Assembly: GCA_029881795.1 (NCBI GenBank)
Contig: JAOULX010000014.1
Coordinates: 5,209 to 69,208, forward strand
DNA from: Gammaproteobacteria bacterium
GTDB lineage: Bacteria > Pseudomonadota > Gammaproteobacteria > SZUA-229
Direction: 5' to 3'
Length of the DNA: 64,000 bases
The position numbers and the translations under genes were made by a program. How positions within the stretch are numbered: position 1 is the first letter of the stretch; the number at the start of each line of letters is the position of its first letter. This document shows, one piece after another, positions 36,581-46,248 of the stretch. The notes under the pieces are model-generated. The model was not told where the DNA came from. It worked only from the letters and a program-made list of their open reading frames with translations, and did not search any database.

Positions 36581-37369
36581 ATGACCGCGCGGCTCATTGT
36601 TCTTGCCAGTTTTATAGTGTTGCAGGCATGTGCCAGCAGAGGTGATTATGCGCCTCATGATGCAAACGATGTGTCAGCCCATTCAGCTGATGCGATACCA
36701 AAAAATGAACCCAAAAGTCGCTACGGCAACCCAAAGTCATATGAAGTAAGAGGTATCCGCTACCACGTGCTGGAGTCGTCAGAAGGTTATACTCAGCGTG
36801 GTATTGCCTCATGGTACGGTACAAAATTTCATGGCCGCAGAACATCAAGCGGTGAAACCTATGATATGTACCAGATGACAGCAGCTCATAAAACGCTGCC
36901 AATCCCCTGTTATGTTGAAGTGACAAACATCGATAATAATAAAAAAATTATCGTTAAAGTGAATGACAGAGGCCCTTTTCACGAAGGACGAATTATCGAT
37001 TTGTCGTACGCTGCGGCAAAAAAATTAGGGATTAGTGGAAGCGGTACCGGGAATGTAGAAATTCAAACGGTAACAACCAGCCATCTGGCGTTAAATACCA
37101 GTCGCTCACTGCTTCCAGAGTCCAGCGGTGGTGATGGACAAATCTACGTACAATTAGGTGCATTTGGTGCCTATGATAATGCAGAAAGTCTGGCCAGTCA
37201 GCTGCGTGAAAGTCAGTTTCGCACAGTCCGGGTGCATCGTGCAGGTGGCGCACGAAATACTTTGTATAAAGTCAGAATTGGACCGATGCCATCCAGGGAT
37301 GTGGCTTATGGCGTGCTCTCCCGCTTAACAAAGACCGGGCAAACATCAGCACGGATAGTTGTTGATTAA
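36581..37369 (+). CDS. rlpA: septal-ring lytic transglycosylase RlpA with SPOR domain
   Basis: DPBB core ASWYG.KFHGR.TSSGE.YDMY.MTAAHKTLP, VNDRGPF. C-terminal SPOR-like IYVQLGAFGAYDNAESL. Confidence 0.85.
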   Translation: MTARLIVLASFIVLQACASRGDYAPHDANDVSAHSADAIPKNEPKSRYGNPKSYEVRGIRYHVLESSEGYTQRGIASWYGTKFHGRRTSSGETYDMYQMTAAHKTLPIPCYVEVTNIDNNKKIIVKVNDRGPFHEGRIIDLSYAAAKKLGISGSGTGNVEIQTVTTSHLALNTSRSLLPESSGGDGQIYVQLGAFGAYDNAESLASQLRESQFRTVRVHRAGGARNTLYKVRIGPMPSRDVAYGVLSRLTKTGQTSARIVVD

Positions 37370-37428
37370 GTGTTAATAATGAATTTGCCTTTTGAATATT
37401 CTTGTTTAAACAAACAAAAGAGACATAT

Positions 37429-38565
37429 ATGACCCTGATAAAAAACAGTTTGATTCTGAGTTTATTGTGTTTTGTGTTATCAGCGCACGCAGCAATACCC
37501 GTACCCGCAGCACCGAAGCTGTCAGCTAAAAGTTTTTTACTAATCGATATCAATAGCGATACGGTATTAGCACAGAAAAAAATAGATAGGCTGATTGAAC
37601 CGGCCAGTATTACCAAAATGATGACTGCTTATGTGGTTTATAAAGAGCTGGAAATTGGCCGTATAACGCTGGACGAAAAAGTTACAATCAGTGAAAAAGC
37701 CTGGCGTATGAAAGGCTCTAAAATGTTTGTTGAAGTAGGTTCAAAAGTTCGTCTTGGTGATCTGCTCAGAGGCTTAATTATTCAGTCAGGAAATGATGCT
37801 AGTGTCGCACTGGCTGAGCATATTGCTGGCACCGAAATTATCTTCGCCGATTACATGAATCAGTATGCGAAAGCGCTGGGTATGAACAAAACCCATTACG
37901 TAAACAGTACGGGATGGCCTCATAGCCGACATAAAACAACAGCGCGGGATATTGCCATACTGGCAAAAGCCTTAATTGAAGAGTTTCCAGAACATTACAC
38001 ACTCTATTCTGAAAAATCGATGACCTATAACGGCATCAAACAATACAACCGAAATAAGTTGCTATGGCGGGATAAAAGTATTGATGGCATTAAAACTGGC
38101 CACACCGATTCTGCCGGTTACTGTCTGGTGGCATCTGCCAAACGTGGTGAGATGCGTTTAATTTCAGTTATTCTAGGTACAGCAAGCAACAAGGCGCGGA
38201 CTGATCAGAGTCAGAAACTATTGAATTATGGTTTTCGTTTTTATGAAAGTCATGCACTCTATACCGCTGGCGAAGGCCTGAAAGATGTGCGTATCTGGGA
38301 AGGCGAAAAAGAAAAACTGGCGCTGGGTTTGCTGCAGGATTTAACGGTGACGATCCCGCGCGGGCAGTATAAAAAGCTCGAAGCTTCAATGGAGATTGAC
38401 CAGACAATTATTGCCCCAGTTAAAAAAGGTCAGGAGATTGGATCGGTACATGTAAAACTCAATGGTGATGAAATTATCACTATGCCTCTGGTTGCGCTCA
38501 ATTCGATTGCCAAAGGCGGCTTGTTACAGCGAGCAAAAGATAAGTTTATATTGCTGTTCGATTAA
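37429..38565 (+). CDS. D-alanyl-D-alanine carboxypeptidase (PBP5/6 class)
   Basis: Signal peptide. SITK (SxxK), SGND (SxN), KTGHT (KTG) motifs. ORF opens at TTG 37402. Confidence 0.85.
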   Translation: MTLIKNSLILSLLCFVLSAHAAIPVPAAPKLSAKSFLLIDINSDTVLAQKKIDRLIEPASITKMMTAYVVYKELEIGRITLDEKVTISEKAWRMKGSKMFVEVGSKVRLGDLLRGLIIQSGNDASVALAEHIAGTEIIFADYMNQYAKALGMNKTHYVNSTGWPHSRHKTTARDIAILAKALIEEFPEHYTLYSEKSMTYNGIKQYNRNKLLWRDKSIDGIKTGHTDSAGYCLVASAKRGEMRLISVILGTASNKARTDQSQKLLNYGFRFYESHALYTAGEGLKDVRIWEGEKEKLALGLLQDLTVTIPRGQYKKLEASMEIDQTIIAPVKKGQEIGSVHVKLNGDEIITMPLVALNSIAKGGLLQRAKDKFILLFD

Positions 38566-38578
38566 AATATTCTGTACC

Positions 38579-39448
38579 GTGAACGATAGTGATCAGATAG
38601 TTTATTTAAACGGTGAATTCAAAGCGATTGCCGATGCCTGTGTCTCGGTACTGGACCGGGGTTTTTTGTTTGGCGATGGTGTTTATGAAGTGATTCCTGC
38701 CTATGGCGGAAATTTGCTGAGACTGCAATCTCATCTACAGCGTTTACAAAATTCGCTGGACGGGATTCGCTTAAAAAACCCGATGTCTGATCAGGCATGG
38801 GCTCAGATGCTGCAGCAGTTGCTGCATAAAAATACCGGCACTGACCAGAGTCTTTATCTGCAGGTCACCCGAGGTGTAACAGGCAAGCGTGATCATAATT
38901 TCCCTGATAAAGTCACTCCGACGGTGTTTGCTATGAGTAACAGGCTGCTAACGCTGCCACCTGCAGTAGCCGAGCAGGGGATAGAAGCAGTCACCTTGGA
39001 TGATATTCGATGGCGCGCCTGCAATATAAAAACCACTGCTTTGCTGGCCAATACATTATTACAGCAACAGGCAACCGATAAAGGGGCTGGCGAATCAATA
39101 CTGATCCGTGATGGCAAGGCTACTGAAGGTGCGTCGAGCAATGTTTTTGCTGTACTCAACGGCACAATTGTAACGCCACCGGAAGGGCCTTTGTTGTTAC
39201 CCGGTATTACCAGAGACTTAGTATTAGAACTGGCACGTGAGCATGGTATGCCTGCTCAGGAAAGCGAGATAACTGAATCAGAGCTGCGTAGTGCCAGCGA
39301 AATCTGGATGACCAGTTCGACACGAGAAATCGTACCGGTTTTAAAGCTTGATGGTCGACAGGTTGGTGAAGGAAAAGCCGGCCCGCTGTGGCACAAAATG
39401 ATTAAAATTTATCAGCAGTATAAACAACAGTTAAGAGAAGGGTGCTGA
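38579..39448 (+). CDS. class IV aminotransferase, probably D-amino-acid transaminase
   Basis: VYLNGEF......VSVLDRGFLFGDGVYEVIP, GITR and other fold-type IV motifs. I place the start at in-frame GTG 38579 after the PBP5 stop. The listed ORF start at 38462 would overlap PBP5. Confidence 0.7.
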   Translation: MNDSDQIVYLNGEFKAIADACVSVLDRGFLFGDGVYEVIPAYGGNLLRLQSHLQRLQNSLDGIRLKNPMSDQAWAQMLQQLLHKNTGTDQSLYLQVTRGVTGKRDHNFPDKVTPTVFAMSNRLLTLPPAVAEQGIEAVTLDDIRWRACNIKTTALLANTLLQQQATDKGAGESILIRDGKATEGASSNVFAVLNGTIVTPPEGPLLLPGITRDLVLELAREHGMPAQESEITESELRSASEIWMTSSTREIVPVLKLDGRQVGEGKAGPLWHKMIKIYQQYKQQLREGC

Positions 39449-39718
39449 ATGGCTGAAGAAAACGAAACATTACTGGAGTTTCCCTGTGATTTCCCGATCA
39501 AGGCTTTTGGCCATACCGGAGATATTCTTGAGGCCGCTGTAAAAGAGATAGTTGATCGTCATGTTGATAATCTGGCGGAATGCAGCATCAAAACAAACGC
39601 CAGTAAAAATGCAAAATATACCAGCATGACTGTGACGATCCGAGCCACCAGTAAAAGTCAGATCGATGCGATTTATCTCGATTTGAGCGCCTGTGAACAT
39701 GTGGTGATGGCACTTTGA
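39449..39718 (+). CDS. ybeD: YbeD/DUF493 family protein
   Basis: 89 aa with LEFPCDFPIKAFG. Conserved position upstream of lipB. Confidence 0.8.
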   Translation: MAEENETLLEFPCDFPIKAFGHTGDILEAAVKEIVDRHVDNLAECSIKTNASKNAKYTSMTVTIRATSKSQIDAIYLDLSACEHVVMAL

Positions 39719-40353
39719 GTTTGCTGCGGGTACGCGATTTAGGCTGCCAGCAATACCTGCCGGTGTGGGAAAAAATGCAGGCCTTTACTGAGCAGCGAGA
39801 CAATACGACAGAAGATGAAATCTGGTTGTTAGAACATGAGCCTGTATTTACCCAAGGCATGAACGGTAAACCGGAACATATCCTGAATAAAACAGAGATA
39901 CCAGTAGTTGAAATTGACCGTGGCGGACAGGTTACCTATCACGGGCCGGGGCAGCTGATCGCATATTGCCTGTTTGACCTTAAACGAAAAAAATTTGGGA
40001 TCAGGCAAATGGTTACAGCGCTTGAGGATGCAGTGATTGATCTGTTATCTGATGAAAGCATCAAGGCTGTTGCCCGAAAAGATGCACCGGGAGTTTATGT
40101 TGAAGGTGCTAAAATAGCAGCGCTTGGTTTAAGGGTTAAAAGAGGTTGTAGTTATCACGGACTGAGTCTGAATGTCGATATGGATTTAACACCATTTAAA
40201 GATATTAATCCTTGTGGCTATGAAAACCTTGACGTAACACAATTAAAAAACCTTGGGATAAAAACAACACTTTCAGCAGCAAAAGAAAAACTGCTGGTAA
40301 AAATTTGCCAACAGTTTTCGATTGATCAAATAACACGATTGAATGGTTTTTAA
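39715..40353 (+). CDS. lipB: octanoyltransferase LipB
   Basis: IWLLEH.PVFT.G, RGGQVTYHGPGQL, KI.ALG motifs. Confidence 0.9.
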   Translation: MSLLRVRDLGCQQYLPVWEKMQAFTEQRDNTTEDEIWLLEHEPVFTQGMNGKPEHILNKTEIPVVEIDRGGQVTYHGPGQLIAYCLFDLKRKKFGIRQMVTALEDAVIDLLSDESIKAVARKDAPGVYVEGAKIAALGLRVKRGCSYHGLSLNVDMDLTPFKDINPCGYENLDVTQLKNLGIKTTLSAAKEKLLVKICQQFSIDQITRLNGF

Positions 40354-40380
40354 ATACAGTTTAAGATTTTGGTAAGCTAA

Positions 40381-41337
40381 ATGAACAAAGAAAAAAAACA
40401 GGCTAAAGAAGTCGGCGTTAAATATCGCGGCGCAGAAAAACTGGCAAAGATTCCGGTTAAGGTCGAGAGAACGCAGACGCCGCTAAGAAAGCCAGCATGG
40501 ATACGGGCAAAGTCGCCGGCTCGGCCTGAAGTTAAAAAACTTAAAGAAGTGTTGCGAGAACATAAATTACATACGGTCTGTGAAGAAGCGAACTGCCCTA
40601 ACCTAGGCGAGTGCTTTAGCGGAGGTACAGCAACCTTTATGATCATGGGTGATATATGCACCCGTCGTTGCCCGTTTTGTGATGTCGGTCATGGCAGGCC
40701 TAATCCACTTGATCCCGATGAGCCAGTAAATATGGCGAAAACAATAGCTGATATGGCGCTGAATTATGTAGTGATTACTTCAGTTGACCGGGATGATTTG
40801 CGGGATGGCGGGGCATCACATTTTGTCAGCTGTATTCAGGAAACACGCAAGCGTGTGCCAGCTATCCAGATAGAAATATTGGTGCCGGATTTTCGTGGAC
40901 GTATGGAGATTGCGCTGGATCTGATGAAAGCAGCACCACCCGATGTATTTAATCATAATCTGGAAACGGTGCCGCGTTTATATAAGCAGGCACGCCCCGG
41001 TTCAGATTATCAGTGGTCACTGGATTTAATTAAAAACTTTAAATCGATGCACCCGACAGTGCCGACAAAATCAGGCCTGATGCTGGGGCTGGGTGAAGAA
41101 ATAGAAGAAGTAAAAGTTGTCATGCAAGATCTTCTCGATCATGGCTGCGAGATGCTGACATTAGGCCAGTACTTGCAACCGAGTCTGGATCATTTGCCGG
41201 TAATGCGCTATGTCACGCCGGAAGAGTTTGAACAGCTGAAAGAATTGGGGATGGCAATGGGTTTTAAAAATGTCGCGAGCGGACCGATGGTCAGGTCTTC
41301 ATATCATGCAGATCAGCAGGCTCATAATGCGCTGTGA
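40381..41337 (+). CDS. lipA: lipoyl synthase
   Basis: Radical-SAM CTRRCPFC cluster plus N-terminal [10 protein letters not shown] cluster. Confidence 0.93.
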   Translation: MNKEKKQAKEVGVKYRGAEKLAKIPVKVERTQTPLRKPAWIRAKSPARPEVKKLKEVLREHKLHTVCEEANCPNLGECFSGGTATFMIMGDICTRRCPFCDVGHGRPNPLDPDEPVNMAKTIADMALNYVVITSVDRDDLRDGGASHFVSCIQETRKRVPAIQIEILVPDFRGRMEIALDLMKAAPPDVFNHNLETVPRLYKQARPGSDYQWSLDLIKNFKSMHPTVPTKSGLMLGLGEEIEEVKVVMQDLLDHGCEMLTLGQYLQPSLDHLPVMRYVTPEEFEQLKELGMAMGFKNVASGPMVRSSYHADQQAHNAL

Positions 41338-41432
41338 GTTATCGCTCAAATCAGGCAGTTTAAGTTTATAGACCTTGTTATTTTAATCAATACTTGTTAT
41401 GAATGTTGGCATAATAAAAATCAGGAAAAAAA

Positions 41433-41936
41433 ATGAATAGATTGGCAGCAATAGTATTTACAACGTTTTGTGTTTATTTATCAAGTGCCCCGTCATTTGC
41501 CGCCGGAAACCAGTACGAAGAAACTTATAATGTTGGTTTTGTGTCCGGTAATATTGATGGTGGTTTTGAATTTGGTGAAGCGGCTGTCAGTGGTTTTTCA
41601 CTAACGGCACGTAATAAAAAGTCAGTGCTCGAATACGTCAATATGAGTTCAGATGCCGGTGATTTGCAGACAGCAGGGGATACCTGGGAAGCTGATCTAC
41701 AGGGTATATACCTGTCGCTATTGGGTGAAGGTCAACCTTATATGAAATTTAAAGTAGGTAGTCTGAAACAGGAAATGATCCGAACCGAAAGTGGTGTTGT
41801 TAGCAGCGAACTGACAACCATTACTTCATATGGGCTGGGTTTTGGGTTTAAGCTGGGATCGAGAATCTTACTCGAGGTTGAAGTCACGTCATTGGATAAC
41901 GATATGACATTAATGGCGGCAACGATACTGTTTTAA
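41433..41936 (+). CDS. small outer-membrane beta-barrel protein
   Basis: Signal peptide ending SFA-AG, alternating hydrophobic pattern, C-terminal ..TILF. Confidence 0.55.
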   Translation: MNRLAAIVFTTFCVYLSSAPSFAAGNQYEETYNVGFVSGNIDGGFEFGEAAVSGFSLTARNKKSVLEYVNMSSDAGDLQTAGDTWEADLQGIYLSLLGEGQPYMKFKVGSLKQEMIRTESGVVSSELTTITSYGLGFGFKLGSRILLEVEVTSLDNDMTLMAATILF

Positions 41937-41978
41937 ATTATAGGTGCGAATAAAGAAGGATATCATGGGGATGATTGG

Positions 41979-43139
41979 ATGAAGGTTTTCAAACTTTATG
42001 TTGTGGTCTTTTGCTTATGTTTTTTTGCGACAAAAAGCTGGGGCGGAATTCAGGGGGACTGGTGGATTGTAAAGAAAGGCGATACGCTGTATGGAATATC
42101 GCGTGCTGTTTATCCAAAAAACGCTCGTTTACAAGCCGAACTCAGAAAAGATATCATCAGATTAAACTCTGCAGTATTTAAAAAGGGTAAAGGCGGCTTG
42201 TATATAGGTGCAAAACTCAGGTTGCCAGAGCGCAGCAGCCCTGGTATGTCTGCCAGCATCAAGTCAAAAATAAATAACGAAAATCCAGTTAAAAAGATCC
42301 AGAAGGTTGTTGAAATAGAAAAAAAGAAACAGCCCACTATGTTTCTTTTAAAAGAGAACCGCTGGCCTGTTAGCTCCGGTGATAGCCTGTATTCGATCGC
42401 GAAAAAGTTTTTTCCCAGCTCAAGCAGAAAGCAATTCAAATTAAGGCAGGATATCTTTGATCTAAATCCCGATGTTTTTAGTGCCGGGAAAAATACCCTG
42501 GAAATGGGTTATGTCCTGATCATGCCCGACTACGTTGTGGAGAAAACGGAACCAGCAGCTCAGATGTCTGCTCAGAACGAAGCGGATAGTGATTCAGAAG
42601 AGCATGGAAATGTAACGGTTTATCAGCCTCACAGTAATTTTAATTCAAAGTGGTCGCTGAGTCTGGGGTATTCTGAAGGCGGTGATATCGCCCAGACAAC
42701 CCAAGGTGGTCGTGATATTGAGTTTGGCAGTGGTATGCATCTGCGACTGAATGTCGATGGTTTGTGGAAAAGCCGGCATGGCTATCGTATGGCATTAGGT
42801 TACCAGTATGACAAGGTGACTGCCGGTGCCAGTGACAGTGCGGAACTGGCGCAGTCCGATTTTCAGTTGCTCTATCTGTTTAATGGCAGAAGCTCGGTGT
42901 TTGGTATTGGCGCATCGTATCACGATAAAATTGTTTTTGAGCTGGATACAGTGGCGACAGGGTATTACAGGGCTGATTATAAACCTGCTGCTGCCGCTAC
43001 TATGCTGTATGAATATAAACGCTTCTTTGGTGGTCAGATTATCGGTTTTGCATACAGCGCTTTTGAATCAGAGATGGTTCAGAATACAACTAAAATTGAT
43101 TTTACAAGAACCGAATTTTATCTGCGCTGGATGTTTTAA
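41979..43139 (+). CDS. secreted protein with two FimV-type LysM motifs and a C-terminal putative beta-barrel
   Basis: Signal peptide. Two repeats W.VKKGDTLYGISRAVYP...RLNSAVF / W.VSSGDSLYSIAKKFFP...DLNPDVF. C-terminal ~180 aa with alternating pattern ending YLRWMF. Confidence 0.65.
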   Translation: MKVFKLYVVVFCLCFFATKSWGGIQGDWWIVKKGDTLYGISRAVYPKNARLQAELRKDIIRLNSAVFKKGKGGLYIGAKLRLPERSSPGMSASIKSKINNENPVKKIQKVVEIEKKKQPTMFLLKENRWPVSSGDSLYSIAKKFFPSSSRKQFKLRQDIFDLNPDVFSAGKNTLEMGYVLIMPDYVVEKTEPAAQMSAQNEADSDSEEHGNVTVYQPHSNFNSKWSLSLGYSEGGDIAQTTQGGRDIEFGSGMHLRLNVDGLWKSRHGYRMALGYQYDKVTAGASDSAELAQSDFQLLYLFNGRSSVFGIGASYHDKIVFELDTVATGYYRADYKPAAAATMLYEYKRFFGGQIIGFAYSAFESEMVQNTTKIDFTRTEFYLRWMF

Positions 43140-43792
43140 CTGAGTTCGTCTTTCAGTTGCTGCAGTCTTTCTGGGGTACCGATATCAAGCCATTTTCCCG
43201 GATAATATTCAGCGCTTATCAGCTTTTTATCAGCCGCACTTCTGAGCGCAGGAGCCAGTGGGAAACGTGCTTCCGGCTGATTAAAGAGTGCGGCGCGGTA
43301 GATGCCGATACCAGAAAAAGTAAAGCGTGGGCTGCCGGTATTCGATAACAGATCGTGATCAATAGCAAAATCACCCTGCGGATGTTGTTGCGGATTATCA
43401 ACTAAGATAAGGTGTGCCAGATGCTGCGATGCCAGTTCAGGCAAACTGTTAAAGTCATAGTCACACCAGATATCACCGTTAATCACTAAAAAGCTGTCAT
43501 GACCAAGCAAAGCCAGGGCTTTTTTAATACCGCCTCCTGTTTCTAATGCTTCGTTTTCATCGGAATAGGAAATGCTGACGCCATAATGGCTGCCGTCGCC
43601 GAGTTTATTATGTATTTTGTCAGCGAGCCAGGCGGTGTTAATCACCAGATCGTTAAAACCGGCCGCCTTTAAATTAAAAATATGATGTTCTATCAGACAG
43701 TGCTGATTAACCATCAGCAGTGGCTTGGGTGTGTTGTCCGTTAGTGGCCGCATGCGTTCGCCGCGCCCGGCTGCCAGTATCATAGCCTTCAT
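43136..43792 (-). CDS. murU: N-acetylmuramate alpha-1-phosphate uridylyltransferase
   Basis: MKAMILAAGRGERMRPLTDNTPKPLL nucleotidyltransferase N-terminus, ETGGGI. Overlaps and follows amgK as in Pseudomonas putida. Confidence 0.75.
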   Translation of the reverse strand: MKAMILAAGRGERMRPLTDNTPKPLLMVNQHCLIEHHIFNLKAAGFNDLVINTAWLADKIHNKLGDGSHYGVSISYSDENEALETGGGIKKALALLGHDSFLVINGDIWCDYDFNSLPELASQHLAHLILVDNPQQHPQGDFAIDHDLLSNTGSPRFTFSGIGIYRAALFNQPEARFPLAPALRSAADKKLISAEYYPGKWLDIGTPERLQQLKDELS

Positions 43793-44802
43793 AGAGCTTC
43801 AGGCCATTCCAAATTCAGTTTTTCTGCAATCTTGAGTTCCTGTAACAAAAGCGTTAACGGGTATAACAGCGGGTAGCGATTACAGGTGTCGATGATGTAC
43901 TGAAAAGTACGGGGCAGGTCGTTCATATATTCGGGTTTGTTATCCCGGATATTAAGTCGAGAAAAAATGCCGAGCACTTTCAGGTGCCGTTGCACAGCGA
44001 TCAGATCAAACCACTGTAAAACTGTTTCCAGTGTAACGTGCTTGTCGATAATGTTTTTTTGCTGTGCTTGCTTTAGATAGTATGCCACCCATTGTTCAAG
44101 CTGTGGTCTTGGCCAGCTGATGTAACAGTCTTTTAATAAGGATGCGAGGTCGTAGGTGACGGCGCCGTTAACCGCATCCTGAAAATCCAGCACGCCGGGG
44201 TTAGAGGTTGCTGTTTGCATCAGGTTGCGGCTGTGGTAGTCACGGTGTACAAAAACATTAGGTTGTTGCAGAGCATTCTCAGTCAGGCAGTCATAAACAG
44301 CATCGAGCAGTTGTTGTTGTTTCTGGTTTAAACTGATCTGTAAATGTTTGCTGATAAACCACTCGGGGAAGAGCTGCATTTCTTTTTCTAATAAAGCTTT
44401 ATCGTAAGCTGGCAGTTCTCTGGCCGGTACAGACTGGATTTGAATCAGTGTGTCGATGGCATCTTTGTAGAGATCTTTTGCATTGTTCTCATCTAAAACC
44501 GACAGATATTGGGTATCACCTAAGTCGGATAATAATAAAAAGCCTTGGCTGAGATCTTCGGCGATCACCTCTGGCGCATGAATACCACCTAAACATAGCT
44601 GTTTTGCGATGGTTATAAACGGCCGGCAGTCCTCTTTGTCCGGTGGTGCATCCATTGCTATCATGCTTTTGTTGTTATCAGTAATACGGAAATAACGACG
44701 GAAACTGGCATCGGCAGAAGCAACCGATAAATCAAACTGATCACTGTTAAGCTGCTGAGCCAGCCAGACTCTGAGTTTTTGCAGGCGTATATCGTTGGTC
44801 AT
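43789..44802 (-). CDS. amgK: anomeric MurNAc/GlcNAc kinase (aminoglycoside-phosphotransferase fold)
   Basis: ASFRRYFRI, HRDYHSRNLM, LDFQDA kinase motifs. Coupled to murU. Confidence 0.7.
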   Translation of the reverse strand: MTNDIRLQKLRVWLAQQLNSDQFDLSVASADASFRRYFRITDNNKSMIAMDAPPDKEDCRPFITIAKQLCLGGIHAPEVIAEDLSQGFLLLSDLGDTQYLSVLDENNAKDLYKDAIDTLIQIQSVPARELPAYDKALLEKEMQLFPEWFISKHLQISLNQKQQQLLDAVYDCLTENALQQPNVFVHRDYHSRNLMQTATSNPGVLDFQDAVNGAVTYDLASLLKDCYISWPRPQLEQWVAYYLKQAQQKNIIDKHVTLETVLQWFDLIAVQRHLKVLGIFSRLNIRDNKPEYMNDLPRTFQYIIDTCNRYPLLYPLTLLLQELKIAEKLNLEWPEAL

Positions 44803-44873
44803 GTTATGGCACGTTTTTTTATGATTGTTATAATATCAACCTTAATTGTAGCAGATAAGAAGAGAATCAGACT

Positions 44874-45635
44874 ATGAAAGCACCTGTTGTGGTCGTCGGG
44901 CTGGGTGAAATTGGCGCTGTCTTTGCGCGCGGCTTTTTGAAACTGGGCTACCCTGTCTACCCAGCAAGACGGCAGGATAATCTAGAGCAGCTGAGGACGG
45001 AAATACCGGCACCGGTGGCTGTTATCGTGGCTGTCGGCGAAGCAGATCTGCAGGCGGTATTAAAACAGATTCCTGAGCAATGGCATTCAGTGCTGGTACT
45101 GTTGCAAAATGAGCTGTTACCAAGAGACTGGGAAATACTTGGGCAGGCGCCTACGGTTATCTCAATCTGGTTTGAAAAAAAGCCGGGCATGGACTCAAAA
45201 GTGATCATTCCGTCACCGGCTTATGGCGCTCTATCGCAGTTGATACATGATGCGCTGGCTAGTGTGAATATTGCCGTTAAAATAGTCACCGATGAGCAAG
45301 CGATGTTAGCGGAGCTGGTGGTTAAAAACCTCTATATTCTGACGTCAAATATCGCCGGTCTGGAAGTGGGTGGAAATGTTGCTGAATTATGGTCGCAGCA
45401 TCGCGAACTGGCAGAAGCGGTGATCGATGACATATTGTTACTGCAGCAGCAATTAACCGGGCAACAGTTTAATAAACAAGAACTGATCGAGCTGATGCTG
45501 GTTGCCTTTAATGGCGATCCACTGCACCAGTGCATGGGCCGAAGTGCGCCGGCGCGTTTACAACGTGCGCTGGATCAGGCTGTGGAGCTGGGTGTTGAAT
45601 TAAAAAAATTACCGCAGATTAGCGCGGCCAGTTGA
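44874..45635 (+). CDS. hypothetical NAD(P)-binding Rossmann-like protein
   Basis: N-terminal VVVVGLGEIGAVFARGF dinucleotide loop. No further family recognised. Confidence 0.45.
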   Translation: MKAPVVVVGLGEIGAVFARGFLKLGYPVYPARRQDNLEQLRTEIPAPVAVIVAVGEADLQAVLKQIPEQWHSVLVLLQNELLPRDWEILGQAPTVISIWFEKKPGMDSKVIIPSPAYGALSQLIHDALASVNIAVKIVTDEQAMLAELVVKNLYILTSNIAGLEVGGNVAELWSQHRELAEAVIDDILLLQQQLTGQQFNKQELIELMLVAFNGDPLHQCMGRSAPARLQRALDQAVELGVELKKLPQISAAS

Positions 45636-45645
45636 TAATCCGGCT

Positions 45646-46245
45646 TTAAAGTGATGAAGGCAGCAGTAACGATGCTCTGCCTTTATCATTAAAGCTGCAG
45701 CTGATGCTGGCAGCATATTCAATTTTCAGGCGGTTATAAACATCATCCAGTGTCAGCCCCATGGTTTTTGCAAAGACGACACGAATGACACCGGCATGAG
45801 CGATAATTAAGATACGTTTTGACGGATGTTGTGATGCCAGCTGCTCCAGCTTGTGCCAGATCCGGTTAGAAAATTTTTCCAGTGGCTCTGCACCGTCGGG
45901 GCGGTTCTCTACAGGATTAAGACGAAAGCGCTTATAGGCTTCGGTATCATGTAACTGAATCTCCTCTTTTGTACGTCCTTCCCAGACACCAAAACCAATT
46001 TCTTTTAACTGATCATCGATAATTAATTCGATGCTCATTTTGGCAGCCGTCTTTTTGGCAAACTCCAGACAGCGCGATAGTGGTGAGCTGATAATAAGAT
46101 CCCACTGCGTTCCCTGAGCTATGGCCGCCTGCATCTGCTGCCAGCCTGAGGCGGTTAGCGGATGATCTACGCCACTGCCGCGGAAACAATCCTCACCTTC
46201 TGGCTCGCCGTGTCGCAGAATGTCAAAGCGCGTGTGATGCGGCAT
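45646..46245 (-). CDS. histidine phosphatase (phosphoglycerate mutase-like) family protein
   Basis: RHGEPEG catalytic motif and downstream H in IIAHAGVIR. Confidence 0.75.
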   Translation of the reverse strand: MPHHTRFDILRHGEPEGEDCFRGSGVDHPLTASGWQQMQAAIAQGTQWDLIISSPLSRCLEFAKKTAAKMSIELIIDDQLKEIGFGVWEGRTKEEIQLHDTEAYKRFRLNPVENRPDGAEPLEKFSNRIWHKLEQLASQHPSKRILIIAHAGVIRVVFAKTMGLTLDDVYNRLKIEYAASISCSFNDKGRASLLLPSSL

Positions 46246-46248
46246 TAA

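Noticed and set aside
38462-38578. N-terminal 39 codons of the listed 328-aa transaminase ORF.
   Set aside because: This part overlaps the 3' end of the PBP5 gene in another frame. Homologous class IV enzymes begin near ..VYLNGEF, so in-frame GTG 38579 is preferred.
41975-42181. 68-aa ORF starting 4 nt upstream of the LysM protein gene, in another frame.
   Set aside because: The 41979 frame encodes a proper signal peptide and LysM repeats. The alternative frame has no supporting features.
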